Shown: positions 20,666-30,437 of the stretch, one piece after another | Numbering within the stretch: the stretch's first letter is position 1 | Layout: every line of letters starts with the position of its first letter | Assembly (NCBI GenBank): GCA_964596525.1 | Contig: CAZQUL010000001.1 | Location: forward strand, 204,830 to 268,829 | From: an uncultured Gammaproteobacteria bacterium | Lineage (GTDB): Bacteria; Patescibacteriota; Patescibacteriia; Magasanikbacterales; GWA2-37-8 | Reading direction: 5' to 3' | Length of the DNA stretch: 64,000 bases | Notes under the pieces: model-generated | Told to the model about the DNA's origin: nothing | The model's database searches: none | What the model saw: only the letters and a program-made list of their open reading frames with translations | Position numbers and translations under genes: made by a program

Positions 20666-21151
20666 TTATTTCGTTGCGCGGACCGTGTTCAAAATTGCTT
20701 CCAACTCACGCTTCGTTGCAACATCATCTTTCCGGTAATACAGCTCGACGAGATATTCTTTGCTCCCCCACTTTTTCCGCAGTGTTTCTTTGGGGAACGC
20801 GCGGTCAATCGCGTCGGCGCGTTTATCTTCCGGAACGTCGATGAATTCATCGCCGCTAAAGCCGGTTGTTACGGGCTGCAATATCGCTTCAAAGATACGG
20901 ATCTGACCGATCTGACCTTTATTGATGCGGATATCGTAACCCGAACCTTGCTGCAACATTTGGTACTCGACATGCGAGGCATACGTTTCGGGGAAATAAA
21001 AAGCCAATCCGACTGAACGGCTGCCGAAGGCGTAAATTTCTTCCGGAGTATTGAACGTAACAAGCCGCGGGGGAGGTGCCACCGGCACAGAATTCTGACA
21101 ACCGGCACCAAGCATGAAAATAACTGCGAATATAAGTACTAATTTTGACAT
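20666..21151 (-). CDS. hypothetical lipoprotein
   Basis: Signal peptide with lipobox LGAGC. Confidence 0.65.
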   Translation of the reverse strand: MSKLVLIFAVIFMLGAGCQNSVPVAPPPRLVTFNTPEEIYAFGSRSVGLAFYFPETYASHVEYQMLQQGSGYDIRINKGQIGQIRIFEAILQPVTTGFSGDEFIDVPEDKRADAIDRAFPKETLRKKWGSKEYLVELYYRKDDVATKRELEAILNTVRATK

Positions 21152-21358
21152 AAAGCTACATCGTAGAATTCTTATTTAAATTATCCCAGTATAGCACATT
21201 AAGGAGGTCGCCGGTCAGGTACTATGCACGTTGTTACCAGAATCAAATATCCGTCTAAACCAACGCATACCTACTCTTTACTTCTAAGAACTGTAATCTG
21301 GAATAAGTCCCAATGTTATTCGTTTGATGATGACGCTGCGAATTCTTAATTCAACAAC

Positions 21359-23059
21359 TTACCAACTCCCTCCCCCACCACCTCCAAACCCGCCGCCCGC
21401 TGATCCTCCTCCGCCGAACCCACCGCCTTTGCCCGCCGGTGCGGCCGCGATGGAGTGCGCAACCACCGAATTGACTGACGAAAGATTGTTCGCGAGCATG
21501 ATCGGCGTGAACGTACGGAAGTTACCCTGGTACCATGATGGTGGCGCAAGATGCATGTCGGCGAAATGCGCGGCCCACTCTTTTTCTACGCCAAGGGCGA
21601 GTGCATACGGCAAGAACCGTTCGAACTGCTCCGGTTTTTTGGCTGGCGCATTGAAGAATTTGAGACGTTCGGTTTCGGTAACCGACAAGAACAGTTTGAA
21701 ACCCTGGATGTGTTCGGCACGTATAGCACCCTCGCGCGTGAAACGCGGCATGAACCAGCCGGTGAAAGCAATGATGCAGCCGTTTAAAACCATCGCAATA
21801 ATCGCTGCCGCAGCCGGAGCACCGCTTCTAAAGACAGTCGCTGACAAAAGAAAACCACCGCCGAATCCGATAATCGCGCCAGCTACGGCAAAAGCCACCC
21901 GTATGTTCATCGGATTTGTGGCAAAGTATCCTTTTTTGACCAGTGTGTCGTATGTTGAACGTTTGAGTTCGGCGATGGCATTAAAGACGCCATTCGATGC
22001 GGCGGGCTTGTACACATCGCCGGTCGCGAAGAGTTCTTTGAAAAGAGTCTGCTCAGCCGAAGAAGCACACGATGCTTCTTTCTGTTTGACGAATTCAAAC
22101 GTGAGTTTTTTACCCGGGACTTCGCGAATAGCGATAAAACCTTGCACGGCCCACGAAAGAAGGAGTGCGGTGACGTCGCGACTGTCGGCACTCTGGTCGA
22201 TGATGGTGCCGATCTCAAGGGGCGTGAGATGTTCCGGCGGTTCATACTCCGCGATGATCGTACCGCGGCCGCGCGGATCTTTGCCGTAACGATACCAGAT
22301 GAAAAAACATAGAAGGGCGACGAAGATTGGCGAGAAGAAAAGGGCATTATCAAGTGCAAAACGGAGCGCTGCCGTGAAAGAGCTCGGCGGCGGGACAGCG
22401 GCGCCCGGCATGCGCACCACAACGGTGAGCGCTTCTCCTGGATCGAGCGGGCGGAGGGCTTCGACAATAACCGTGCGGTCGTTCGCGAGCGTTACGCGGC
22501 CACAGGTACTGGTTGAACCAGCGCTGCCCATGAAACATTTAACATTATTAAGCGTAACCGCGGTCGGGAGTTCGATAATCGCGCTTGAACTCGCGATTGG
22601 CACTTCCCACTGTGGCCCGACGATGTTCCAATACAATTCCGCTTCGCCATTGTACCAGCGGATGGCCCGGTCGATAGTGTACGAAACACTATATACACGC
22701 GTGCCGCTGATGGTACGGTTCGGGTCGCCGATTTTTATGATGTGATCATTGTTTTCATATAAAGATTTGAACGGCACGCTGCCGCCGTCCATCGTAACGT
22801 CGTCAACCCGCGTTTTGAGATTGTAAAAGAAAAACCACGGTCCCAGATACCGAAATGGAATGGAACGGAAAATACCGTGGCGAGAGAGGGGACCAAAATT
22901 ATAATCGATGGTTTCTACCACGCTCAAGCGCGCATCTGAAGCAAGTTTCATCTGCACCGAGAGCGAGGTTGCTTCTTCGATGGCGGCATGCGCCGGCAGC
23001 GCTCTGCAAAATATGATAAATCCAACCACTGCGGCAAAAATAGATCGGCTACTAAACAT
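21359..23059 (-). CDS. DUF2207-family membrane protein with a C-terminal Gly-rich tail
   Basis: Signal peptide, large extracytoplasmic domain, TM segments, terminal GGGFGGGGSAGGGFGGGGGGSW as in DUF2207 proteins. Confidence 0.8.
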   Translation of the reverse strand: MFSSRSIFAAVVGFIIFCRALPAHAAIEEATSLSVQMKLASDARLSVVETIDYNFGPLSRHGIFRSIPFRYLGPWFFFYNLKTRVDDVTMDGGSVPFKSLYENNDHIIKIGDPNRTISGTRVYSVSYTIDRAIRWYNGEAELYWNIVGPQWEVPIASSSAIIELPTAVTLNNVKCFMGSAGSTSTCGRVTLANDRTVIVEALRPLDPGEALTVVVRMPGAAVPPPSSFTAALRFALDNALFFSPIFVALLCFFIWYRYGKDPRGRGTIIAEYEPPEHLTPLEIGTIIDQSADSRDVTALLLSWAVQGFIAIREVPGKKLTFEFVKQKEASCASSAEQTLFKELFATGDVYKPAASNGVFNAIAELKRSTYDTLVKKGYFATNPMNIRVAFAVAGAIIGFGGGFLLSATVFRSGAPAAAAIIAMVLNGCIIAFTGWFMPRFTREGAIRAEHIQGFKLFLSVTETERLKFFNAPAKKPEQFERFLPYALALGVEKEWAAHFADMHLAPPSWYQGNFRTFTPIMLANNLSSVNSVVAHSIAAAPAGKGGGFGGGGSAGGGFGGGGGGSW

Positions 23060-23247
23060 ATATACGTTAAAAAATAGGCAGCACTATAATCATATAGCAA
23101 AGGGCGCAAAATAAAAAATATCACGCAGCGTTGCGGGTACTTATAATTTCTTTTCAACACCATCAATGTGTATCATCATAGTCTTTTGACACTAGTGCCG
23201 AGCTATTTTATAGTTAGTATGCTCAACCTTACTAACGAGGACCTATC

Positions 23248-23463
23248 ATGAGCAAGCTTACGCGAGTCAGCGGCGTTCTTTTTTTATCCTTTACCATAGC
23301 GAGCAGCATTACCGACGAGAGGGGCTGCGACGGACCACCGGCACCAGCGCCGCGTACCGCCGAACAAGTGGCGCGCGGCATGCCCGAGAATAAAATTCCT
23401 GACACCGATCCACCGGAACAAAAGCCGGCTCCGGCACAGCAGGATAGTAACGCAACCAAGTAA
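23248..23463 (+). CDS. small secreted protein (71 aa), Pro-rich
   Basis: ORF with signal-like N-terminus; terminator hairpin follows at about 23489-23515. Confidence 0.4.
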   Translation: MSKLTRVSGVLFLSFTIASSITDERGCDGPPAPAPRTAEQVARGMPENKIPDTDPPEQKPAPAQQDSNATK

Positions 23464-23774
23464 CCACCTCAAAATCCGTACTTTTTACACGGATTCTACC
23501 CATCTGGGTAGTTTTTTTGTTATGAGCATATATACTGTATGATCGTAATTTTTAAATCAATAAAAACGACGCGGGTTATACTACCGCGTCATGCGTGTTA
23601 AGGGCGATTCAGGTTATTCCATACCGCTTCCGCTCTTCGTTCGTAAGCTCGCGCCATTCAGGCACTCTGCCATTTATATTTTTATATAAAAGCAAGGTGG
23701 GGATAATTATGTAGTACACCAAGACGAACCACGAAAAAAATCCTTATCCTAAGGCTATCAAATATGCACTATTA

Positions 23775-23803
23775 TTGACAAAATACCCTAAAAAACCTAT
23801 ACT
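23775..23803 (+). promoter_or_regulatory. near-consensus sigma70 promoter (TTGACA-17-TATACT)
   Basis: TTGACA 23775-23780, 17-nt spacer, TATACT 23798-23803; 40 nt upstream of the lipoprotein gene start. Confidence 0.65.
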
Positions 23804-23842
23804 TATGCAGCCTTGCTAACATTCCTCAAAAAGGAGATTCCC

Positions 23843-24010
23843 ATGAAAAAGCTACTGTTTGGCGCGTCGGTTTTTGTCCTGACCCTGGGGGCCTGCGGCC
23901 CCGCCTCGCGGACCGTGGTCTGCAAGTGCCAGTGTCCGCCGGCTGCCCAGTCTGCTCCACCTCCTCCGCCGCAGACCGGGGAAATCGATAGAATCCCTCG
24001 CGAGGATTGA
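23843..24010 (+). CDS. small lipoprotein (55 aa), Cys/Pro-rich
   Basis: ATG 23843 after AAGGAG RBS; signal peptide ending LTLGAC. Confidence 0.5.
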   Translation: MKKLLFGASVFVLTLGACGPASRTVVCKCQCPPAAQSAPPPPPQTGEIDRIPRED

Positions 24011-24152
24011 TCGGCATCTTCGATCTCCTCCATGATCGCCCCGTCCTCAAAAGACGGGGATTTGTTTTTGGTAACGGTTATGCACTTTCTCATATAAAAA
24101 GCGCAAACATCAGCCTACTATACCCCCATAAACCGCTTAACCGATCCCCTGT

Positions 24153-25052
24153 ATGTCCGACCCCATCGTCTCTATTCGTAATTTCACCATGCGTTTTGGC
24201 ACCAAAACCGTTATCGAAGATTTATCGTTCGAGGTGAAACGCGGTCAGGTTTTTGGTTTCCTCGGCGCCAATGGCTCAGGCAAAACCACGACGATCCGCG
24301 CGCTTTTGGGTATCTATGAACCGAGTGCAGGCGAACTCCTCGTACGCGGCAAACGTTTTACGCCCGAACAAGGACAGATCTTAGGTTACCTACCCGAAGA
24401 ACGCGGGCTTTACAAAAAAGAAACAGTCTTAAGCGTCATGATGTATTTCGGGGAACTCAAGAATATGTCGCGCACCGCTGCCCGCTCGGAAGCGCTCGCA
24501 TACCTTAAACGCGTCGGACTCGAAGACAAAGCGAATGAAAAAATTGAAACACTTTCGGGTGGTCAGCAACAAAAAATCCAGCTTGGCGTGACGATCATGA
24601 ACCGGCCGGAACTCCTTATTCTCGACGAGCCGACCAAAGGGTTCGATCCGGTGAACCGGCGCCTGATGATGGATATCATTGCCGAGCGCGTAAAAGATGG
24701 TGCGACCGTCATGCTCGTGACGCATCATATGGAAGAGGTGGAACGCCTCTGCAGCGACATCGTACTCCTCAAAGACGGCCGGCGCCGCGTGTACGGACCG
24801 ATCAATGACGTGAAAAAAGAGTATGGTCATGAACGGGTGTATGTGCGTTTTTCTGGAAACTTCATTCCGCAAGAGAATCTATACACGATCAATGCGCAAA
24901 CACCGACGAGCGCAGAACTCACGCCGCACCAAAGCATCACGACGCAAGATATTTTCGTGGCGCTCAGCAAGCAGCCCGGTCTTACTATCTCCGCTTTTGA
25001 ACTGCGTTATCCGTCGCTTGATGATATTTTCGTCAAAATCTATCAGGAATAA
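24153..25052 (+). CDS. ABC transporter ATP-binding protein (ABC-2/DrrA-like)
   Basis: Walker A GANGSGKTT, signature LSGGQQQK, Walker B LLILDEPT, H-loop. Confidence 0.9.
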   Translation: MSDPIVSIRNFTMRFGTKTVIEDLSFEVKRGQVFGFLGANGSGKTTTIRALLGIYEPSAGELLVRGKRFTPEQGQILGYLPEERGLYKKETVLSVMMYFGELKNMSRTAARSEALAYLKRVGLEDKANEKIETLSGGQQQKIQLGVTIMNRPELLILDEPTKGFDPVNRRLMMDIIAERVKDGATVMLVTHHMEEVERLCSDIVLLKDGRRRVYGPINDVKKEYGHERVYVRFSGNFIPQENLYTINAQTPTSAELTPHQSITTQDIFVALSKQPGLTISAFELRYPSLDDIFVKIYQE

Positions 25053-25062
25053 TTCTCCGCAT

Positions 25063-26304
25063 ATGCACAATCTCGCTACCGTTATCTCGTTCGAAATCGG
25101 AAAGACCGTGCGCAAAAAATCGTTCTGGATCAGTATTTTGACATTCCCTGTCCTCATTGGTTTCGTTTTCGGTATTTCGTATTTTTCCGGCAGGGCAGCC
25201 GAAGAAACCGAAAATTCTTTACGCATTACTTCAACATCCACGCCGCTCTCCGCCGCTGCCGAGGGGCGGCGCATCGTAGCACTCGATGAATCCGGCATTG
25301 TTACTCCGGCCGCCCTTCAATCATTTGGAATCACGACAGTACCCTCCGCGCCGGAAGGATTGCGTCGCATCCATGCTGATGAAGCCGACGCGTTCATTCA
25401 CATTCCCAACGATCCTGTTCGGGACGTGATTGAGATTCATGCGCGCGATCAGGGATTTGGTAAAAACGATCGCTACGCTCCGGTTGCGGAAGATCTGGTG
25501 CGCTCAAGCATCATCGCCGGCATCGGATCGACCCAAAAGGCCGAACTTCTCGAAAAAGGGGTGCGAACCGACGTGAGAGCTTACAAAGATGGGGCCGAAG
25601 CGCCGGGCATCGCGAGTGCCATCGTACCGGGATTATTCCTCGTTTTGTTTTATTTCCTCATCTTCCTTCTCGGTAACCAGCTTCTCACCTCCACGACCGA
25701 AGAAAAAGAAAACCGCGTCATCGAGATGGTGCTCACTACGGTAAAAGCGCGCACGCTCATCATTGGCAAAATCATTGCGACCGCCATACTCGGATGCATC
25801 CAAATCGCGGTACTCGTCGTGCCGACCGTAATCGCTTTACGCTTCGTGCGGCCGGGAACGTTATCATTTCTCCTGAATCTCGGAAGTTTGAATTTTGATC
25901 CGGTTAAAATCGCCGTTGGGGCACTGCTCTTTCTGTGCTCACTCATTTTGTTCGCCGGGATTCTCGTGATGATCGGCGCTATGACACCCACGGCCAAAGA
26001 AGCAGGCGGGTTTTTCGGCTTTATCATTTTCCTCATGTTCGTGCCGTTTTACGCGCTCATGGCGATCATGAACGATCCAGGACAGCTCATCGTCAAAGTC
26101 TTCAGCTTTTTCCCGCTCACCGCGCCCGTGACGTTAATGCTCCGCAACGCGATCGGCAATTTGTCGGCGCTCGAGACGGTACTCGGCGTCGCGATTTTGC
26201 TCGTCTTTGGGATACTGGCGTTCTTCTTGGCTATTCGGGCGTTTCGACATGGAGTCTTAGAATATGATCGCAAGCTGGAATTTAAACGATTATTAAAGCT
26301 CTAA
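25063..26304 (+). CDS. ABC-2 family transporter permease
   Basis: ATG at 25063 placed 11 nt after the ATPase stop; N-terminal TM, large extracytoplasmic loop, C-terminal TM bundle. Confidence 0.8.
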   Translation: MHNLATVISFEIGKTVRKKSFWISILTFPVLIGFVFGISYFSGRAAEETENSLRITSTSTPLSAAAEGRRIVALDESGIVTPAALQSFGITTVPSAPEGLRRIHADEADAFIHIPNDPVRDVIEIHARDQGFGKNDRYAPVAEDLVRSSIIAGIGSTQKAELLEKGVRTDVRAYKDGAEAPGIASAIVPGLFLVLFYFLIFLLGNQLLTSTTEEKENRVIEMVLTTVKARTLIIGKIIATAILGCIQIAVLVVPTVIALRFVRPGTLSFLLNLGSLNFDPVKIAVGALLFLCSLILFAGILVMIGAMTPTAKEAGGFFGFIIFLMFVPFYALMAIMNDPGQLIVKVFSFFPLTAPVTLMLRNAIGNLSALETVLGVAILLVFGILAFFLAIRAFRHGVLEYDRKLEFKRLLKL

Positions 26305-26427
26305 ACAGCCGAAAACAACCTTTTAGGCTTCTCTTCACAACTCCCACCCCTCCTTTACCTACATATACTATTGACATACATCACCAACCATGTTCTCCTG
26401 TCTCCTACCCGAAAGGAGGCGCGGATC

Positions 26428-27291
26428 ATGAAAACACGGTTCTTGGCAGCAGTTCTTTGTATCGGAATGCTCGGCGCGTGCGGGCAAGATGAGGAGACGG
26501 CAACAATCCTGCCGTTCAGAACGTTTGCGCATCATGTATTGCACACCGCCAAACCACTCAAGCTCAAGATCGGCTACATTCGTGGCAAGACCGAACCGTC
26601 ACTCGATCTCGGCTCTGGAGTGACACTCGAACAATTCTTCTGCGACAACGTGCGGGATATTCTCCCCGATCGGGAATGCAGCGGCCCGAAGCGGCGCGAG
26701 GATCTTGTTCCCATCGAGGTAGAGCACAAGGATTACTACGACGGTGCAGATATTCGGGCCGCGGCCGAAAAGGTATCGTCCGACAAAACCAATATCCGCG
26801 TCGTCATACTCTACGGGCAATCCAAATACTACTGCCTGGAAGAGCCTCATAAAAGATGCGCGCTTGCGCAGGCAAGCAGCTACGGGTCGGAAGCGGACAT
26901 CGCCGTTTTCTTTCCTGAGCTTGTAACGTCAGCGGGATATCAACGGATGGCTTCGGGCAAAGAATACGCTGGTTACATACAAGAGACGCTTGCTTTTTCG
27001 CTCGCAACAATCCTTGTCCATGAATTTGGACATACGCTCGGCTTGGTAAACAGCGGGCTTGCGATGGTTATGCCGCACGAAGACAAAGATCCGGACCACC
27101 CCCACCATCATTGCAACAATAAGGCTTGCGCCATGTACTATAGTGGTTCGCCGCGTACCTATAGCCAGTGGCTATACGGTGAGCAAATCCAAGGGTCACG
27201 AGCCAACCTTTTCTTCGACAAGAACTGCCGTGACGACGTGCGCGCCGGCACTATCCTCCCTGGCTTAACGTTCTCGTCGATCGACGAATAA
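26428..27291 (+). CDS. zinc metallopeptidase lipoprotein (HExxH zincin)
   Basis: AAAGGAGG RBS; lipobox MLGAC; HEFGHTLGL active-site motif; His-rich DPDHPHHHC segment. Confidence 0.75.
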   Translation: MKTRFLAAVLCIGMLGACGQDEETATILPFRTFAHHVLHTAKPLKLKIGYIRGKTEPSLDLGSGVTLEQFFCDNVRDILPDRECSGPKRREDLVPIEVEHKDYYDGADIRAAAEKVSSDKTNIRVVILYGQSKYYCLEEPHKRCALAQASSYGSEADIAVFFPELVTSAGYQRMASGKEYAGYIQETLAFSLATILVHEFGHTLGLVNSGLAMVMPHEDKDPDHPHHHCNNKACAMYYSGSPRTYSQWLYGEQIQGSRANLFFDKNCRDDVRAGTILPGLTFSSIDE

Positions 27292-27463
27292 GTACGAAAC
27301 GCCCCCGCTGAATGAAGCGGGGTTTTGAATATATTCGCTCGCTCTATTCATTGCACAATCATTGACAAAAAAAGTGTTCCATGCTTTTCTAGACTCGGCA
27401 CAAACGTGCTTGTTCTTTGCACAATAGCTCTGGAAACAGTGTCCGCCACACACGAGGTTCAGA

Positions 27464-28192
27464 ATGCCGACGAGCATCAGCAGCCCGCTAAACGATATCC
27501 GCTGTTTAGAATGCGACAAGCTTCTTGCTACACCCGCGGGCATCAAATGCCCACGGTGCAAGAAAGTCCACGCGTTTGAAGAGCAGTTTGCGACCGAGCT
27601 TAAACCGGATGAGTACGTGGTCGTATTCCTCTGGACGCGCAACGGAAGTCGCGGATCGTCCATCGTTATCCGCAAAGAGGTCTGGCTCGCGTTCGATTCA
27701 TTAGACGAAGTATCGAAAAACTGCCCGCAGTACCCGGTGTTCTTCGTCTATAACCATCTCGATCTGTCTCAAAACCTCGATTCGGGTGTCGGCTGCCGAG
27801 TCAATCGCGAGCCGATCCTCGATTTTAAAGAGGCCCTCAAGCTTGCCCGGGAGTGCGAGATGGCAGCGCGTTCAACCGGTCGGTGGTTCGACGTTTATAA
27901 CATCACAGAACCTGAGCTGCAGAAACCAGCGGACGGTATCTGGGATTTCCGCAGTCTCGAGCGCTTGAGCGCGGCCAACCAAGCAACATTTGATGATCTG
28001 CGCGTGACGCTTGAGGATTACACCGATGGCTCTGCCATTATCCCAGCCGTAGTCATTGGGATCATCGAGCGGCTGCACCTTACGACAGAGCACCGCACTA
28101 CCCTCCTCGACATTGCTCGCACCGGCGCTGCGAAAACCACTAAAAAAGCGCATGCGGAATGGAACGAACTGATTTCCTACCTGTCCGCATGA
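27464..28192 (+). CDS. hypothetical protein with an N-terminal zinc ribbon
   Basis: CLECDK...CPRCKK tetra-Cys motif; rest without recognisable similarity. Confidence 0.55.
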   Translation: MPTSISSPLNDIRCLECDKLLATPAGIKCPRCKKVHAFEEQFATELKPDEYVVVFLWTRNGSRGSSIVIRKEVWLAFDSLDEVSKNCPQYPVFFVYNHLDLSQNLDSGVGCRVNREPILDFKEALKLARECEMAARSTGRWFDVYNITEPELQKPADGIWDFRSLERLSAANQATFDDLRVTLEDYTDGSAIIPAVVIGIIERLHLTTEHRTTLLDIARTGAAKTTKKAHAEWNELISYLSA

Positions 28193-28281
28193 AAACTGAA
28201 GGCCTCACCTAGGCCGCCCTGTCTTCCAAGGCAGGGCTTTCATTTTTTATAGCTTTCTCTTGCAGCGGTTTAAACTTCTAC

Positions 28282-29379
28282 TCACGTTTGGCGCGCAGTC
28301 CCTTTAAGCGCCGCGAGCTCCATCTGCGCAACAAAATCAATCAAGTCTTCTTTGTTTTTAACGGCTGTCATCTCGGACGAAAGGCCAATGACACGATGCG
28401 TTGTGCCGTTAATTTCAACGGTGAGCGGATCAAAAAAATGGTCGCGGAGTTCGGGCACTGCCGCGATCACCGCTAAGGAATCATACTGGTTGTACGTACC
28501 AACAAACGGCCAGATTTCATCATCGTACCCCACACCCGGGTCTACCCCACCGCAAAACACCTGTATGAACCAGGCACGATCGCGGCTCAAGGGTAGGGCG
28601 CCTCGCACCGATGAACCAGCGGCCGAAAGTGCCGCTTGCCAGAGCTGCTGTATGCTTTTGCGTTGGCGATCTTTAAGCGCTTGCCCCACCAGCGAACCGG
28701 TGGCCGCAAACTGGTCATAGAGACGAATGGGAAACTGCGCTGCATAGCACGCAGAGCGCATCACAACCGTCATCGGTACACCAAGCACTTGGAGTTCGCG
28801 GTACAAAAATTCCGCGGCCAGCATATCGAACGCGTTATTCGCCGCGTCATCAGGCACCAAAAAACCATGCGCGATGAATGGTGTCGTCGCATTCACAGAT
28901 TTGACACCACCCATAATCGTCACATTCGCTATTTTACGAACGAACAATTCTTTTTCCTCACGCACCAGGCGCGCGGCGTCAGTAAGGCCAGCATTGAGAA
29001 TAAGAATGAGAGAACGATCGGGAGCTGCAAGGAGCGTATCAACCAATAATTTATATCCATCATGAGCTACCTCGTTTTCATGAGCCAGATAACTTACGTC
29101 AGTCTCGTGATGGGAGGTATCTCCACCCACAAAACAATCACTTCCCACACCAACTGGAACGTGCGAAAAACCAAGCTCTTTAAACGTCCCTTTGGCTAAA
29201 CGAGCGCGTGCGCGAGCTGGCTCAAGGCAGGCAATAACCGCAGAGATATCTATGAATCCGGCACGCGCCAGTCCGGCACAGAGTACAAATTTGTGCTCAT
29301 CATCTAAATCTTTACCCGGATCCGTAATGTCAATTATACGGTAGGGAGAAGCAGGCATTGAAACATTAAATCTTTTCAT
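28282..29379 (-). CDS. inosine-uridine nucleoside N-ribohydrolase-like protein
   Basis: N-terminal DITDPGKDLDDEHKF matches the IUNH aspartate cluster DxDxGxDDxxA. Confidence 0.6.
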   Translation of the reverse strand: MKRFNVSMPASPYRIIDITDPGKDLDDEHKFVLCAGLARAGFIDISAVIACLEPARARARLAKGTFKELGFSHVPVGVGSDCFVGGDTSHHETDVSYLAHENEVAHDGYKLLVDTLLAAPDRSLILILNAGLTDAARLVREEKELFVRKIANVTIMGGVKSVNATTPFIAHGFLVPDDAANNAFDMLAAEFLYRELQVLGVPMTVVMRSACYAAQFPIRLYDQFAATGSLVGQALKDRQRKSIQQLWQAALSAAGSSVRGALPLSRDRAWFIQVFCGGVDPGVGYDDEIWPFVGTYNQYDSLAVIAAVPELRDHFFDPLTVEINGTTHRVIGLSSEMTAVKNKEDLIDFVAQMELAALKGTARQT

Positions 29380-29574
29380 AAAAAATCATGGTGACTGAAG
29401 TATAACCAAGGAAACTAAACTTGTTAAGAATATATTTTTTAAGAAAGGCTACACGATACCCACCAAACATGCTCATGAAAAAACTTCACGAGAAATATCA
29501 ATTATAAAAAGACTCGGGAATTCCCGAGCCTCGTTTTTGAGTACCACCATAATCTGAGAGGTACACTACCGGCC

Positions 29575-29982
29575 CTACACCAAGAGGAGTGTTGCCACCA
29601 CCGCGGCGAGAAGCCCCATAGTCGTTTTAAGAGTGAGGCCGCCGAGCAGTGCGCCATAGACGGCCGGCAGAACGATCTGCGCCAGCAGGTTCATAATAAA
29701 GAGCCGACTGATATTTTCCGGGCTCGCCTTCGAGAGCGCGGCGGTGAAAAGCAGTATGCCTGCGCCGCCCATCACCCCGGCCGCGACCCCAAACCACCAC
29801 TTCGCGCCGGTGAATGAAATTCCCTTCCAACCCGACACCGCGAGCACCACCAGACAGGCAAACACCTCCAGCATGAACGCCGACGTCCAGCCGGTAAGCC
29901 CGCTCTTATTCATAACGAGCGGCCAGGCGCCAAAAAGCAGTCCGGACACGATCATGAGCAGCGCAAGATTGTTAGTCATCAC
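29575..29982 (-). CDS. small 4-TM membrane protein (DMT/EamA-like)
   Basis: ORF track; four hydrophobic helices; Gly-rich. Confidence 0.5.
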   Translation of the reverse strand: MMTNNLALLMIVSGLLFGAWPLVMNKSGLTGWTSAFMLEVFACLVVLAVSGWKGISFTGAKWWFGVAAGVMGGAGILLFTAALSKASPENISRLFIMNLLAQIVLPAVYGALLGGLTLKTTMGLLAAVVATLLLV

Positions 29983-30341
29983 TATCTCCTCTTCTGTGTG
30001 CGATGAAGGAAGATGTAGCTTTAAACCACAGCAATGTCAATGGTTGAGTTTAGAAGGAAAGCCTGGAGGCAGGCGCCATCTTCTAACTAAAAAATCAAGG
30101 TTTTTCTACCTCTTTCCGCTCGCTTTAATACTTTTGCCCGCCGTGTTTAATGTTTCAACAACAATAGCGCGCGGACTGTTCATTGGGGCACTGAGTTGTA
30201 TTTTAGTTACCCTGTTCGTAAACCTATGGTTAGGCTACCAGGCCTACCAAGGAAGAATGAAGAAGCTGCTTCCCGGTACTGATGTTTTTAAATTTTTCGT
30301 TTAGAATTAAAAACTATTTTCAGCATCTAATTTCAGCATCT

Positions 30342-30372
30342 AAAAGACCGGCTTCATGAAAGCCGGTCTTTT
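30342..30372. terminator. symmetric hairpin (copy C of the composite element); acts as bidirectional terminator after the 1014-aa gene
   Basis: aaaagaccggctt-catga-aagccggtctttt; A/T runs on both sides. Confidence 0.6.
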
Positions 30373-30377
30373 AGAGC

Positions 30378-30412
30378 GAACTTTGAAATCGGGCTTTGGA
30401 ACCTGTTTAGAC
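30378..30412 (+). repeat. 35-nt conserved repeat, copy C (GAACTTTGAAATCGGGCTTTGGAACCTGTTTAGAC)
   Basis: 28/35 identical to copy A; lies 5 nt after a 13-bp-stem hairpin, as in copies A and B. Confidence 0.7.
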
Positions 30413-30437
30413 TGGAAATGCTGTATCTTACTGAATT

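Noticed and set aside
21324-22289. 321-aa plus-strand ORF with a poly-Pro N-terminus (PPPPPPNPPPADPPPPNPPP)
   Set aside because: It is the antisense reading of the Gly-rich C-terminal tail and body of the well-supported DUF2207 gene (21359-23059, minus strand). Pro codons are the reverse complement of Gly codons, so the frame is an artefact with no independent support.
29744-30304. 186-aa plus-strand ORF spanning the GC transition
   Set aside because: Its 5' two-thirds is antisense to the small membrane protein gene 29575-29982. The 3' hydrophobic part has no ATG start, and only GTG/TTG options without an RBS.
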